A DNA stretch of 63,752 nucleotides from Rhynchobatus australiae (taxonomy: Eukaryota). Within the stretch, counting starts at the first letter, position 1; each line of letters begins with the position of its first letter. A program made the position numbers and the translations under genes. The notes under the pieces were generated by a model. It was not told the origin of the DNA, made no database searches, and saw nothing but the letters and a program-made list of their open reading frames with translations. The stretch lies in assembly GCA_034780895.1 (NCBI GenBank), contig JAUZTB010000076.1, positions 52,184,236 through 52,247,987 of the forward strand, read 5' to 3'. Positions 26,095 through 39,002 of the stretch are shown one piece after another.

Positions 26095-26221
26095 GCGAGT
26101 CCCTTCATTTGCAATTATAAACAACATGTAGTGATTTATTTTAAAACTGTGAGTAACTTTAAGATTAACAAGGAACAATTATTGAAATTCTGTCTTTTCT
26201 CCCCTTCTAACTCCTGAATAG

Positions 26222-26434
26222 ATTAATATTGATTATGAAACTAAAGACTCCACTAAGAACCACCTTCTGAGGCCCACTATTTCCAGCTTTGATGAGGCAC
26301 AGAGTAAAATCTACAACTTGATGGAGAAGGATTCCTATCCCCGATTCCTGAGATCAGAAGTGTATCTAAACCTGATCAAACAAACGGAAGGAGTGGCAAG
26401 CCACTCAGACTCCAACAAGCAGTCCGAGACATGA
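26222..26434 (+). CDS. RGS5: RGS5-like exon 5 (terminal coding)
   Basis: gaatag|[70 protein letters not shown]; total CDS 585 nt. Confidence 0.95.
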   Translation: MNIDYETKDSTKNHLLRPTISSFDEAQSKIYNLMEKDSYPRFLRSEVYLNLIKQTEGVASHSDSNKQSET

Positions 26435-27360
26435 ATCTGGAAGGAGAACCTTTTGGGGATATCTGAACAGAGCAGCTAATGCAAGCTGAGGACGTGAACA
26501 GAAAGCACAAATGGAAACACAGTTGGAAAAGGTTTATTAGTGAGCAATGAGTTTGCATGGTTTAGAGAAAGAATTGGACACATATTGAAGAATGTGCTGA
26601 AGGTGTTGAGGAAACAGCATATACTGAAGCGAGAGTGTTAAACTTTTGCACAAATATTTTATTGCTTATTGTATAAATTATTTATTGTATGTCCATAAAT
26701 TATTCTGTAATATTGGTTACACATTGTAAGACAATATTTGAGAAGTCTGCATGAGGAAGAATTTATGCTGACTTTCATTTAGGGAAACAAGTGTCTGCCT
26801 TCTACAAAAATGTTTAAGGAGATTTCTTGAAGTTTTGGTGCAGTTGGGTCTTTTTGTGCAACTAATCGACTATCGGCACGCACATACTTTTAACCCCCTT
26901 AAAAACGCCGTGGAAAATTAATTGTAAATCTTTTCACATACGTCAAGTACTAAATGACCATTAGACCCCACACATTAAATCTTAGCCACTAGTTGATATC
27001 GTGGGCTTGTAAAAGGATTAGCCAAACATTCTGCCAGAGCTCACTATTGAGACGAATGTTTATAGTCTTACAGCGAAGTAATTACTAACGTTGAAACATG
27101 GGCTCAGATGTTGGAAATTCCCAGCGACACTTTGAAGCCTTTTAATTCAGTAATGTTGCAGCTCAAGTTCAACACTGAGCGGGACAAGCTACTTGCACCA
27201 CATTGTGCTAAAAATTTGTTTTTTCTATTGCAACGTTATTTGTTGTCTGGCATTGGTTTTTCATTTAACTATTTATGTACAAGTCTTTTGATTTTCTCCA
27301 GGTGAAAATACTAAGAGAAAACAAAATAAAGAATATTATACAATAAAGTGGTTTTATATT
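26435..27360 (+). other. RGS 3' UTR with AU-rich tracts and poly(A) signals
   Basis: Repeat-free stretch of about 0.9 kb; AU-rich ttatttatt block at about 26655-26690; AATAAA at 27325-27330 and 27342-27347, followed by a GT/T-rich tract. Confidence 0.65.
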
Positions 27361-28619
27361 TTTTGTGGTGGGCGTAGAGGAGGATTGTGGTAATGGGGGT
27401 GACGTAAACGAAACATACACAGTACTGAGTACTAAAATTAAAATGGAGCAACACACACAAAATGCTGGAGGAACTCAGGTCAGGCAGCATCTATGGAGGG
27501 AAATAAACAGTCAACGTTTCAGGTTGAGNNNNNNNNNNNNNNNNNNNNNNNNNNNNNNNNNNNNNNNNNNNNNNNNNNNNNNNNNNNNNNNNNNNNNNNN
27601 NNNNNNNNNNNNNNNNNNNNNNNNNNNNNNNNNNNNNNNNNNNNNNNNNNNNNNNNNNNNNNNNNNNNNNNNNNNNNNNNNNNNNNNNNNNNNNNNNNNN
27701 NNNNNNNNNNNNNNNNNNNNNNNNNNNNNNNNNNNNNNNNNNNNNNNNNNNNNNNNNNNNNNNNNNNNNNNNNNNNNNNNNNNNNNNNNNNNNNNNNNNN
27801 NNNNNNNNNNNNNNNNNNNNNNNNNNNNNNNNNNNNNNNNNNNNNNNNNNNNNNNNNNNNNNNNNNNNNNNNNNNNNNNNNNNNNNNNNNNNNNNNNNNN
27901 NNNNNNNNNNNNNNNNNNNNNNNNNNNNNNNNNNNNNNNNNNNNNNNNNNNNNNNNNNNNNNNNNNNNNNNNNNNNNNNNNNNNNNNNNNNNNNNNNNNN
28001 NNNNNNNNNNNNNNNNNNNNNNNNNNNNNNNNNNNNNNNNNNNNNNNNNNNNNNNNNNNNNNNNNNNNNNNNNNNNNNNNNNNNNNNNNNNNNNNNNNNN
28101 NNNNNNNNNNNNNNNNNNNNNNNNNNNNNNNNNNNNNNNNNNNNNNNNNNNNNNNNNNNNNNNNNNNNNNNNNNNNNNNNNNNNNNNNNNNNNNNNNNNN
28201 NNNNNNNNNNNNNNNNNNNNNNNNNNNNNNNNNNNNNNNNNNNNNNNNNNNNNNNNNNNNNNNNNNNNNNNNNNNNNNNNNNNNNNNNCTTTATGGACTT
28301 GCAAAGCTGTCATATGTGTATGAAGCTCATCTGGAGCAGATACTACAGAGATGTTAAGTGTAACTTACAGTGTAGATGCTGACAATTAAGAACAGTTAGT
28401 CTAAGTTTATCCATGTTAGATAGATGGTGGTTTGTATGTCTGTTCCTTCTTTTTAAAAAACGGGAAGCAATTTAGTGTTTGTAAGCATAAGTGCAACTTT
28501 AAGAATTAAGTGTACCTTGTGGAATGACTTCTGATACATCATTGAATCAAACTGCTTTCAATAAAAGATGTTTTGTTGGTAGCTCTACCTCTGTCATTTA
28601 CCTTAGTAAAGCAGCAACA

Positions 28620-28860
28620 CTCAGGAACCAATGGATGTTACAGCAGGAGGTACCATCTATCAGACCAGACTTTAAACCAAGCCCCCATCCACATTGCCAG
28701 GCAGACATTAAATATCCCAACGCACCATTTGGTGAAAAAGGAATTCTCCAGGTGTTCTGACCAAAATTTATCCTCCAACTGATATTACCAAATAAATGAC
28801 AAGCTTATCTACTTCAGCACAGTTTGTAGGAACTTGCTGTATATAAGTTGGCTGTATAGA
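28620..28860 (+). mobile_element. Deu-domain SINE remnant (SacSINE1-like)
   Basis: ttaaaccaagccccc...gacattaaatatccca..gcaccattt...ttctccaggtgttctgaccaaaatttatcc...gtttgtaggaacttgctgt resembles the Deu core; related to about 30690-31070 and 37115-37290. Confidence 0.6.
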
Positions 28861-28998
28861 GAAAAATAACTCAAATTAACTATTTATAAATAAACTTTGG
28901 AAGTGCTTTGCAAGAACCTGTTGTTAGTTAGATTAATTAGTTAGATTGTTTAATTATTTTTCTTTGCTTTGTGCCTTTTTATGTGCATTAAGTCTGAA

Positions 28999-29340
28999 AA
29001 ACATAGAACAGTGCAGCACAGGAACAGGCCCTTCAGCCCACCCTGTCTGTGCTGACCATGACTCCAATTTGAACCAATCCTAATTGCCGGCATGTCGTCT
29101 ATACCCCTCTGCTTCCTGCCTCTTTACCTCAGTGCCTATCTAAATGCCTCTTAAACCTTGCAATCTGGGCAACATTGTGGTGAACTTCTTCTGTACCCTC
29201 TCCAAAACATCCACATTCTTCCTGTAATGCGGTAAGCNNNNNNNNNNNNNNNNNNNNNNNNNNNNNNNNNNNNNNNNNNNNNNNNGCTGCAACATGACTT
29301 CCTGACTTTTGTACTCAATTCCTTTACTAAAACAAACTTC
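28999..29340 (-). mobile_element. CR1 LINE 3' fragment
   Basis: aacatagaacagtgcagcacaggaacaggcccttcagccc tail; ORF piece PHYRKNVDVLERVQKKFTTMLPRL. Confidence 0.85.
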
Positions 29341-30204
29341 CCACATATAACTCAAAATTAAATTTAAATCAATTTATAACTGCTGATGTACATAGCTAAA
29401 AGCAACTAATGAAAAATTAGAAGGGAGCATTGTGTGAAAAGATGTCTTCAGTCTGGACCTACACCAAACTTCAACAACTGCTTGTCTCCCTCCTTGTTCA
29501 TCTGACCCAATTAACTTGCATATCTACCTGCCGTGTACTTCCTGATCTCCAGTCCAGTCACCCACATATACATACTGCCCTCTTGCTAACTTGTATGCCA
29601 ATCCCATCAGAGTGGTTCTAATGTCCATTCAAGAACAAGGTGAAGCCCTCATTTCTTTCACTGCCCTCCAGTAGCACATGGGCCTCTTCACTATAGTAAA
29701 ATATATTGCTTGTCCCAGTACTTATGTATTATTGTTGGGGGGTGCAGCAGTGGACAGAAGGATGGAGTGAGATTAACAGGAGAGTCTTGAAGGATGATGA
29801 ATCATTTCCATTAGGTCTGATCAAGGCCACCCTACACTGAGCAATGTTATTGTACACCCTTTCTTCCTGACACTGAGAAGTACTGTTCCCTTCAGTTCTT
29901 TCCCCTCCCTTGAATGAGTGGCAGACACAATGCCCCCTCCGTGACTATCTCTCCCCCAACCAATGATCAGAATTTTCCGCAGGTTCTCCACCTTCATACT
30001 GTACACACTAGGTAGTATCATTTCAGCAGCAGACCTCCACCTCCTGGTCAGCAGGTTTACAGAGCCTGCCTTTACTTCAATTCTTCAACGTTGGACAGCC
30101 ACTGAGTAATGCTCACAGCCAGAAACACATCATTAGATCAGCAGCACCAATCGAATGGAAACCATTAATCATCCTCCAACGCTGTCCTCTTTGGTTATCC
30201 TCTC

Positions 30205-30621
30205 CACTTTTACACCCCAAGATCGCAAGAGGCTGCAGAGGGTTGTGGACTCAGCCAGCTCCATCAGCAGCACAGGCCTCCTCACAATCAAGGACATCTT
30301 CAAGATGCAGCGCCTCAAGAAGGTGGCGTCCATCACTAAGGACCCTCACTATCCAGAACATGCCCTCTTCTCATTACTACCATCAGGGAGGTGGTACAGG
30401 AGCCTGAAGAACCACATTCAACGATTCAGAAAGAGCTTCTGCTCCTCCACTATCAGATTTCTGAATGGTCCATGAACCCAACCTCATTATTCCTATTTTG
30501 TTTTTGCACTATTTATTTATTAATTGTAATTTATAGTAACTTTCTATCTTTGCAGTGTACTACTGCAGCAAAACAGCAAATTTCACATCACCTAAGTCAG
30601 TGATAATAAATCTGATTCTGA
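30205..30621 (+). mobile_element. Rex1/Babar LINE 3' fragment
   Basis: QDRKRLQRVVDSASSI...DPHYPEHALFSLLPSGRWYRSLKNHIQRFRKSF..STIRFLN; tail gataataaatctgattctga. Confidence 0.9.
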
Positions 30622-30689
30622 AACACCACTTTAATAACATAACTTCAGGAATAGGTAATATATTTTGCAGCTATAAGAGCACAGACCAT

Positions 30690-31070
30690 TGCTAAACGTG
30701 GCTCAGTCAAAAGGTCTTGGATCCTAAACTCACTGTAGAGACTTTAGCACACAATGCAGGCCAACACTACAGTTCAGTGTTCCATTGTCAGTGCTGCGTT
30801 TCAGATGTGACATTAAACAATCTGATCTGTTAGATGGACATAAAAGATGTAATGACATATTTGAGGAATAGGGGAATTCCACCTTCTTCAATTATTTCAC
30901 TCTTAATTAATAGCGCCACAAACAGATTAACAGGCTGTATCATATGGCTGTTTGTGGGTCTTATTATATACAAATTAACTGCTACATTTCTCACGTACAC
31001 GCTGCTTTCATTGGCTGCAAAGCACTTACAGCTACACTGAAATTGTGGAAGGCGAACTTTTTCTTCCTTG
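30690..31070 (+). mobile_element. Deu-domain SINE remnant
   Basis: gtgctgcgtttcagatgtgacattaaac...gatggacataaaagat...gctgtttgtggg...ttcattggctgcaaagcact. Confidence 0.6.
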
Positions 31071-32729
31071 TAATAAACACATGTACATTGAGCCATTGTG
31101 AAATGGCTGTTTTCAAAATGCAGCGATCATTTTATAAACATGAATAGAATCTACCAAACTGTGAATGGATTGATTCTGAGAGTTAAGTTTTACTTTGAAA
31201 CTGCACTGAAAGATGACACCATTGATCGTTCAATATTCCCTCGGAACTGCACCGGCTGTCAACCCAGACCCTGCAGTGGGATGAAGCCATCAGTTCAGAG
31301 GAGAATCAAGCCAGAAAAGTCACAGGTGGAAAAACAGTTCCAAGCTCTCAGCAGCACACTTTAGTGTGACAGATGGCTTCTGGGTGAGGGAGTGGGAAAA
31401 CTATATTCATCCATTGTTGGTTATCTACTGACCCCTGTTGGAAGATTCATGCATAGGAGCATGCCAAACACAAAATTATGCTTGGCTAGAATGTGGCTCT
31501 GATGAAATAGTTTACTGACACTCACAGTTACAAATGATTCTCACTTGGATGGGACACAAGGCTGGGTTTTGGCAAGACTTCAAAGTCTGTATAACTAAAC
31601 TCGAGTATGTATCTCCTGAAATGGAGAGAAATTGGGTTTACATTAATAATCAGACTTATCTCCAGAGTTAAAAGGGAAAATGATGCATATGACTGAATAA
31701 CAAGTCCTTAAACCATACTGGCAGAAAATTAAATACAATACCTTCTAAGGAGAGAATGCACAACATTCCATCCATGTGGCATAATACACAATCTTTGCGA
31801 TGACATTGCCTGTGAAATAATACACCCTGCGAGAGATAAAATTCTCTGCGTGGGTCAGCAACATCTCACTGAGCAGATAATGTATGAGCAACAAATCAGC
31901 AGCCAAGAGGGATGATGTGGCTATTTATCTTAGTGCTTATCTTAGTACCTAACCCAATCGTGCAGCATCACCTTGAAGCAGGATGACATGTATTCCAGGA
32001 AAAAAAGTATAAATTAAATCGATCTGCAATTAAAAATCTCATTCAGTAGCAGTGGCTCTGAATCTACCCAGAGTACCATATAAAGCAACTTGGTCCTCCA
32101 GGCCTGGTCTGACCTTCATGTGACCCCAGATGCCTAGAAATGTAGTTAATTCTTAACTTCCTGTGAAATGGTCTACACAAGCTATTCAGTACAGGGGCAA
32201 GTGTGAAAGATATCTACAGACAAATGCTGCCAAATGGCAAATTCCAGGGTTAATTCTTAATTTATTAAAGATAATTTTCACATTCTGCAACATGTACAAT
32301 TTACCCAATGAACAGCAGCAACTTGTCAAGCTTGATCCAACAAGCCCTGCTTGCATCATGACCTTCACCATTGAAGACAAGGGCAACAACGCCATCACCT
32401 TCAAGTTTGCAGCTATCAAGTTACACATCATTCTGACTTCATATGTTGCTTTCTTTCATCACTGCTTTACCAAAATCTTGCAATTCTCTCCTTAACACAA
32501 CTGCAAGTGGAATGTCAACACAAGGACTGCAGAAGTTCAAGGGCAAACCCATCACCACCCTTCAGGGCAGCTGGGAATTTGCAACAAATACATCCTTGCT
32601 GCTATCTCTACATCACAGTACAGACTCTAAAATCCTAGATTAACTTTGTTGCGTTCTATAGTGTAGATTCTCAGCTTTTTTTTGTTTCAACTGAACCCAT
32701 CACCCAGTCACAAAGAATTGTATTCAATA

Positions 32730-33180
32730 GGTGCAGCAAGCTTGAGGGGCCAAATGGCTGACTTTCTCCTGTATTTCTCATCTTCAAACCTGATAGAGGT
32801 TTAAGACTATGAGACACACAGATAAAGTAGACAGTTGTTATCTTCTTCCCATGGTCAAAATGTCTAAATACTAGAGGGCATGCATTTCAGGTGAGAGGGG
32901 GTAATTTCAAAGGAGATGTGTGGGGCAAGTTTCTTTTTAGAGAGTAGTGGGTGCTTGGAATGCACTGCCAGGGGTGGCGGTGGACGCAAGTATGACAGAG
33001 GCGTTTAAGATGCTCTTAGATAGGCACATGAATGTGCAGAAAATGGAGGGATATGGACATTGTGTAGGCAGAGGTTTAGTTTAGTTAGGTATTTAATTAC
33101 TAGTTTAATTAGTACAGCACAACAATGTGGGCTGAAGGGCCTGCTCCTGTACTGTACTGTTCTATGTTCTATGTTCTAAA
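32730..33180 (+). mobile_element. CR1 LINE 3' fragment
   Basis: TRGHAFQVRG..F-type motif; tail gggctgaagggcctgctcctgtactgtactgttctatgttctatgttcta. Confidence 0.85.
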
Positions 33181-33784
33181 GTCATTACAAACTGCACTAC
33201 GAAGTTGGAAGATATACTGTATTCTCCTTCCACTTATAGTTTCAATAGAAAAGGTGATGTCCAAGACTAATATCAGAGAAGACTGCAGCATGAAAGCTTG
33301 CCAGCATGCTGATCCAACTTCTGCCGCAGTCGTTCTACCAGTCTCCTCAAAATAGGAAAATTAAAACAGAAAAGATTTGTGCCAGGAAAAAGGATTTCAT
33401 CTTTATTTAACAGAACTAAGTGCAGCCCCCACATTTCCTCTGAGATCCAATTGAAGCCCTTGTGAAATTGGGAAGATCCAACCTTTATAAATCATCAGGG
33501 CAACTTTTACCCTGACTGCTGCCACAAAATGTGACCACATTGTTCCCTGCCACAACTGCCTGCAGGGATTGCAACTGGTAACCTGAGAATCATGGCAAAT
33601 GGGTCAAAGCCTTAAAGCACTCTCTCAACGGCTATCACGAAGGGAAAGAGAAAATGTGTGTGGGGACACGTTCTCAGTGTGTGTTTAATTGCAAAGAATT
33701 GGCTCTGATGGGCAGGCCACACTGTTCACGTGCCATACTCATCAAGTGTCTGAAAGAGGCGCTCTGGTCCAAGCTCTGCCGTGG

Positions 33785-34159
33785 CAAGAGTCATTGGTGA
33801 GGCTGCATATAGTATATCGTATTCAGTTTTGGTCACCCTGCCATTAAGCTGGAAAGAGTGCAGAGGAGATTTAAGAGGATGTTCCTGGGACTCAAGGGAC
33901 TGAGTTATGGAGAGAGGTTATGGACTGTAGGAAAAATGAGGGGTGATCTTATATAGGTGTATAAAATTTCAAGGGGCATAGATAGGATGAATGCGCAGTC
34001 TTTTTCCCCCAAGGTCGGGGAATCAAGAACTAGAGGGCATAGGTTTAAGGTGGGAGGGGAAAGATTTAATAGGAACCTAAGAGGCAACTTTTTCACCCAG
34101 AGGGTGGTCAGTATATGGAATGAGCTGCCAGAGGAAGTGGTTGAGGCAGGTACATTAAC
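33785..34159 (+). mobile_element. CR1 LINE fragment inserted into an RTE remnant (about 33680-33785 and 34435-34560)
   Basis: YKISRGIDRMNAQSFSPKVGESRTRGHRFKVGGERFNRNLRGNFFTQRVVSIWNELPEEVVEAGT; the flanks give RTE-like LKEALWSKLCRG and RVCGTHIGLLSH. Confidence 0.85.
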
Positions 34160-37100
34160 NNNNNNNNNNNNNNNNNNNNNNNNNNNNNNNNNNNNNNNNN
34201 NNNNNNNNNNNNNNNNNNNNNNNNNNNNNNNNNNNNNNNNNNNNNNNNNNNNNNNNNNNNNNNNNNNNNNNNNNNNNNNNNNNNNNNNNNNNNNNNNNNN
34301 NNNNNNNNNNNNNNNNNNNNNNNNNNNNNNNNNNNNNNNNNNNNNNNNNNNNNNNNNNNNNNNNNNNNNNNNNNNNNNNNNNNNNNNNNNNNNNNNNNNN
34401 NNNNNNNNNNNNNNNNNNNNNNNNNNNNNNNNNNCAGAAGGAGCGTACCAACTCCTAAGTCCGCTCCTATCAATCAAGCACTTCCTGTGCCACTTGAGAC
34501 AGAGTTTGTGGGACCCACATTGGCCTCCTCAGCCATTTCAGAGCCCTTGTGGACTTCCTCAATTCCGTGGCGCTGCCTAAGAACAATAATAAAAATGCAT
34601 GGCACTAAGAGCTTAGACAGGCAGGTAAAGATATCAATATCCCAATGAAACCTTTTAACTGATGTCACCTGATCAACCTGCTGCAGTTCATCTGTTTCAC
34701 TGGGAGGTATAAACAAAGTCTGTGCATTGCACAGTATTGCTCTACTCTGTCCACTCGCATGCAACATTGTGTACAAGAATGATGCCGGAAAAAATGTCAG
34801 CTGTGCCCAAGTGAGTCACAACCAGAAGCACTTGGTCCAATTCCCGAGGAGCTGGAATCCAAACCAAAATGGGCACCATTGTATTAAGACTTACATAAAA
34901 TGGCTTTCATGTGTAGTTCAAGCATAATAAATGGGGACTACAAACTCCAACTTCTAGACTTTGATCTCTTTGAAGATTTTAGATAAATAATGAAAAATAG
35001 AGAAGTTATTAAAACAGATCAAGATTAGATCTGAACTAAATAAGAGACATCACTGTTAGCCTATTCCAGAAAACTGGACAAGGAGTATTGTAGGGATAAA
35101 TTCATAAAACACCTCTAAACTACAAAGATCATTATGAACACAGACTNNNNNNNNNNNNNNNNNNNNNNNNNNNNNNNNNNNNNNNNNNNNNNNNNNNNNN
35201 NNNNNNNNNNNNNNNNNNNNNNNNNNNNNNNNNNNNNNNNNNNNNNNNNNNNNNNNNNNNNNNNNNNNNNNNNNNNNNNNNNNNNNNNNNNNNNNNNNNN
35301 NNNNNNNNNNNNNNNNNNNNNNNNNNNNNNNNNNNNNNNNNNNNNNNNNNNNNNNNNNNNNNNNNNNNNNNNNNNNNNNNNNNNNNNNNNNNNNNNNNNN
35401 NNNNNNNNNNNNNNNNNNNNNNNNNNNNNNNNNNNNNNNNNNNNNNNNNNNNNNNNNNNNNNNNNNNNNNNNNNNNNNNNNNNNNNNNNNNNNNNNNNNN
35501 NNNNNNNNNNNNNNNNNNNNNNNNNNNNNNNNNNNNNNNNNNNNNNNNNNNNNNNNNNNNNNNNNNNNNNNNNNNNNNNNNNNNNNNNNNNNNNNNNNNN
35601 NNNNNNNNNNNNNNNNNNNNNNNNNNNNNNNNNNNNNNNNNNNNNNNNNNNNNNNNNNNNNNNNNNNNNNNNNNNNNNNNNNNNNNNNNNNNNNNNNNNN
35701 NNNNNNNNNNNNNNNNNNNNNNNNNNNNNNNNNNNNNNNNNNNNNNNNNNNNNNNNNNNNNNNNNNNNNNNNNNNNNNNNNNNNNNNNNNNNNNNNNNNN
35801 NNNNNNNNNNNNNNNNNNNNNNNNNNNNNNNNNNNNNNNNNNNNNNNNNNNNNNNNNNNNNNNNNNNNNNNNNNNNNNNNNNNNNNNNNNNNNNNNNNNN
35901 NNNCCGGCATGTTTCATTTTGGCGAATTCTTCTGGATGAATATTACAGAAAGTATTGCTCAGCACAGGAAACTGTGGGAACAAGTTAAGTCTATGGGATC
36001 AAAAAGCAGTGCACTGATTAAGATTATTGCCATGAGATTGAAAAATGTTTCTTGACCTGGATCTTTAAAATGGCAAATATGGTAATCTGATGTAACTAAA
36101 TGGATTATTAGTGCCCCCTTGACCATAACAGAAACATTGAGTTTTGACTTTCAAATATTGTTCATGCAATGCAGTTTGGAGGAATTGCGAGGTCTCCAAA
36201 ATCAAAAAGTGCATGGAAAGAAAGCAGTTGTTAATAGCTTTAGTGAATGCCAACGTGTATTTTTGATCTTCACAAAACATCGCTTCACAGAATTATTTCC
36301 CAATAAAATTTGTACCCAAATCACAAGATTTTAGGTCCATCTTAAAACATAGGCTTTAATAAAAAATATAAAGAAGAAAAAATAGAAAGGTCAGGGGGAA
36401 TTCCAAATAAGCTTAAAGTTGAGCGATTAAACTTTACAAAGCCCAAAGCCCAAATGGAGGAATATGGATACTTTGGAGAATTGTAGGCCTGAACAAGATT
36501 ACAGATAGGGAGGAGGCCATGGATGCTTGCCTCTAATTCATGTCAGGTATGGTGTAAAAGTATCAGCTGATATTTTATGGTCAATCCAAGAGTCCCACCT
36601 CCAAACAGATCATTGGGACAGAGTCAAACCTTCTCAAAGGAAATCAGGTTGCCAGCAACTACCACTGCACAGCCCTATGATTTTGATTTTCTTTCTTCCC
36701 CATGGGGGCAGAAGTCTGACAGGTAACAATTGATTCAACATTGTCCCCATTGTATCACTGAGGACAGGTAGGATCATACTCACATTCCATTACTCACTTA
36801 CAATTCCAACCAGATGTAAACAATTGTGCTTAGGTTACCTAATTTGCAGATTAAGCCCAAAGTCCCTTTTAATTACTCCAAATGGAGTATCAGCATGTTA
36901 TAAGGGCAAATATTAAAATTGCCCAAAATAGCTGCAGAGCGAATCAATGGTTTACAGATCAAGGGACAAGGCCAGCACCAACTCGTGCCTATCAGAGGAG
37001 GAAATCTGCCATCTTATATGCTCTGGCCTATTTGTGACTTCAGACCCACAGCAATGTGGCTGACTCTCAACTGCCCTCTGGAATGGTCTAGCCATTCTGA

Positions 37101-38610
37101 AGCTCTAGTTTTCAGATGGCTGTCAAAGATCCCACAGTGCTATTTTAAAGAGTTGAGGGAGATTTCCCCAGTAACTTGGGCAGTATTTATTCCTCGATTA
37201 TCATTGCTAAAACAGAGTATTGTTATTAGCTTGGTGTTTATAAGAGCTTGCTGTGTGCAAACTGATTGCTCCATTTCTCATATGACAACAAATCCCTTCC
37301 TTGCCTCTTTGCTGCCTCTCTGTAACCTACAACCTCTTGAAATCTCTGCACTTCAATTCTGTTTCATTACTGTGCCCCTGATTTTAATGGCTCTACCGTT
37401 ACTAAACTGCTGGTCATTGCCTATAGTTTTGAATTTCCAAAATATTTCAGCTGCTCCCTACTCTAAGATCCTTCTGAAAACTTAAAGGTTTCACAAAGCT
37501 TTTGGTCACCAGTTATGTGGATTGAGGCACAATTGTGAAGCACCTTGGATAATTTTTACATTAAAAGGCACAATATGTACACAAGGTTTGTTACAGCTCT
37601 ACCCTACATGTAACTCAGTCAAATGTTCACTCAGAACAGTATATTCTGGGTATCCATGAGGAAAAAAAGAGGGACTAAGAATGTTTTGGGAAGCTAGGGA
37701 AGAAAATTGCAGGGGCGCTGGAAAAGATATTTGCATTATTTTTAGCTACAGGTGAGGTACCATAAGACTGGAGGATGGCTAATGTAGGGGATAGAAAAGG
37801 TTTAGAGGGATACGGGCCAAATGCAGGCTCGGATAGACATTTTGGTTGACATCGACGAGTTGGGCTGAAGGGCCTGTTTTTGTGCTGTATGACTCTAAGA
37901 CACTAAAGAAAGAGCAGAAAAGATGTGTGTAACCAGAATTGAGAGACTGTACCACTGTGGTCATTTGACGTGGAAAACAGAACAGGTGCCTCTAAATTCT
38001 TTAAGATTATGAAATTGATCTGCAAGAACAGTTTCCACTTTGTGTTTGTCTGGAACAAAAGGGGCATGAACAGAGAGCTATGAATTAACAAAAAGAATTT
38101 TGGAGAACGTGTAACTCAATACCACAAAGGTTGATTGAAATGGCAAGTCTTGATCTATTCACAAAGAAAAGGGATTAGAGGGATAGAAATTCAAGGCTGG
38201 AAAAAGTAATTAGAGTGGGAGAAGTTACATGTAGGGTAAAAACACACCACTGGCGAGTTGAGTTAAACAGTGATTTGTGAAAAAGGAAGATTGAAAGATC
38301 CATGTAGAGATTAGTTCAGATGTCAACGTGTCACATCTCTCTCCTATTTTTCGACAAATATTGTAATCTGCCATTGAACCAATTGTACCTGAATTCAAGG
38401 TGCAACCCTCCCACCATTCAGCATTAACTGTGGGAGTTTGGAAGTGAAGACAACTAGCAGTTCAGGAGATAACAACAGTAAACCTCCCTTGACAAACAGT
38501 TTTACCTCCTCCTTGACCATTATTTTTTAAATAACATTTAATTTATGAAACACTATTATAAGCATATTATTAGTGTATTAACTACTGTACCAATCCTCAT
38601 TAATGTGCAG

Positions 38611-38616
38611 TTTATT
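38611..38616 (-). terminator. Probable NUF2 poly(A) signal
   Basis: Minus-strand AATAAA about 255 nt after the stop codon. Confidence 0.55.
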
Positions 38617-38870
38617 TTTACATTTATGTCAAAAGTCACATATTATAAAATACATAGAAAGACTTGAAAATCTCTACATTATGCAGACAAAAAAGCCCTT
38701 ATTTTTAATCATGTCATATACAAAATAGGTCAAGCAGTGACAGATGTGCTGACTTTGAAGTACCTGCTCAAGAATAATTTGTTGCCTGTTAAGAATAAGC
38801 AGAAGAGACAGAAGATTTTAAAAAGAGTTAATAATTTGTACAAAAATTTGAAATGACTGCAGACAGGATT

Positions 38871-39002
38871 TTAAATTCTTTCATTCATGGTCCTCTCCAG
38901 CTCTGCCATTTGTTCATGCCTTTCACGTGCAGCCTTCTGTGTCGCTGTGGCCAAACATTCATGATATTGTTGCAGATGAGTCATCAATTTGGAAATGAGG
39001 TT
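38871..39002 (-). CDS. NUF2: NUF2 coding exon 13 (last)
   Basis: ccaacag|NLISKLMTHLQQYHECLATATQKAARERHEQMAELERTMNERI*; L.qYH motif of the NUF2 C-terminus. Confidence 0.9.
   Translation of the reverse strand, partial: NLISKLMTHLQQYHECLATATQKAARERHEQMAELERTMNERI

Noticed and set aside
25921-26217. Single-exon 98-aa RGS ORF in the track
   Set aside because: It is exon 4 read through into intron 4; the spliced 5-exon model explains it.
27365-28357. Long ORFs spanning N-runs (also about 35056-35988, 45467-46339, 49095-49873)
   Set aside because: Their length comes from N codons, not coding sequence.
36919-37485. 188-aa ORF
   Set aside because: It runs across Deu-SINE and L2-like remnants; chance open frame.
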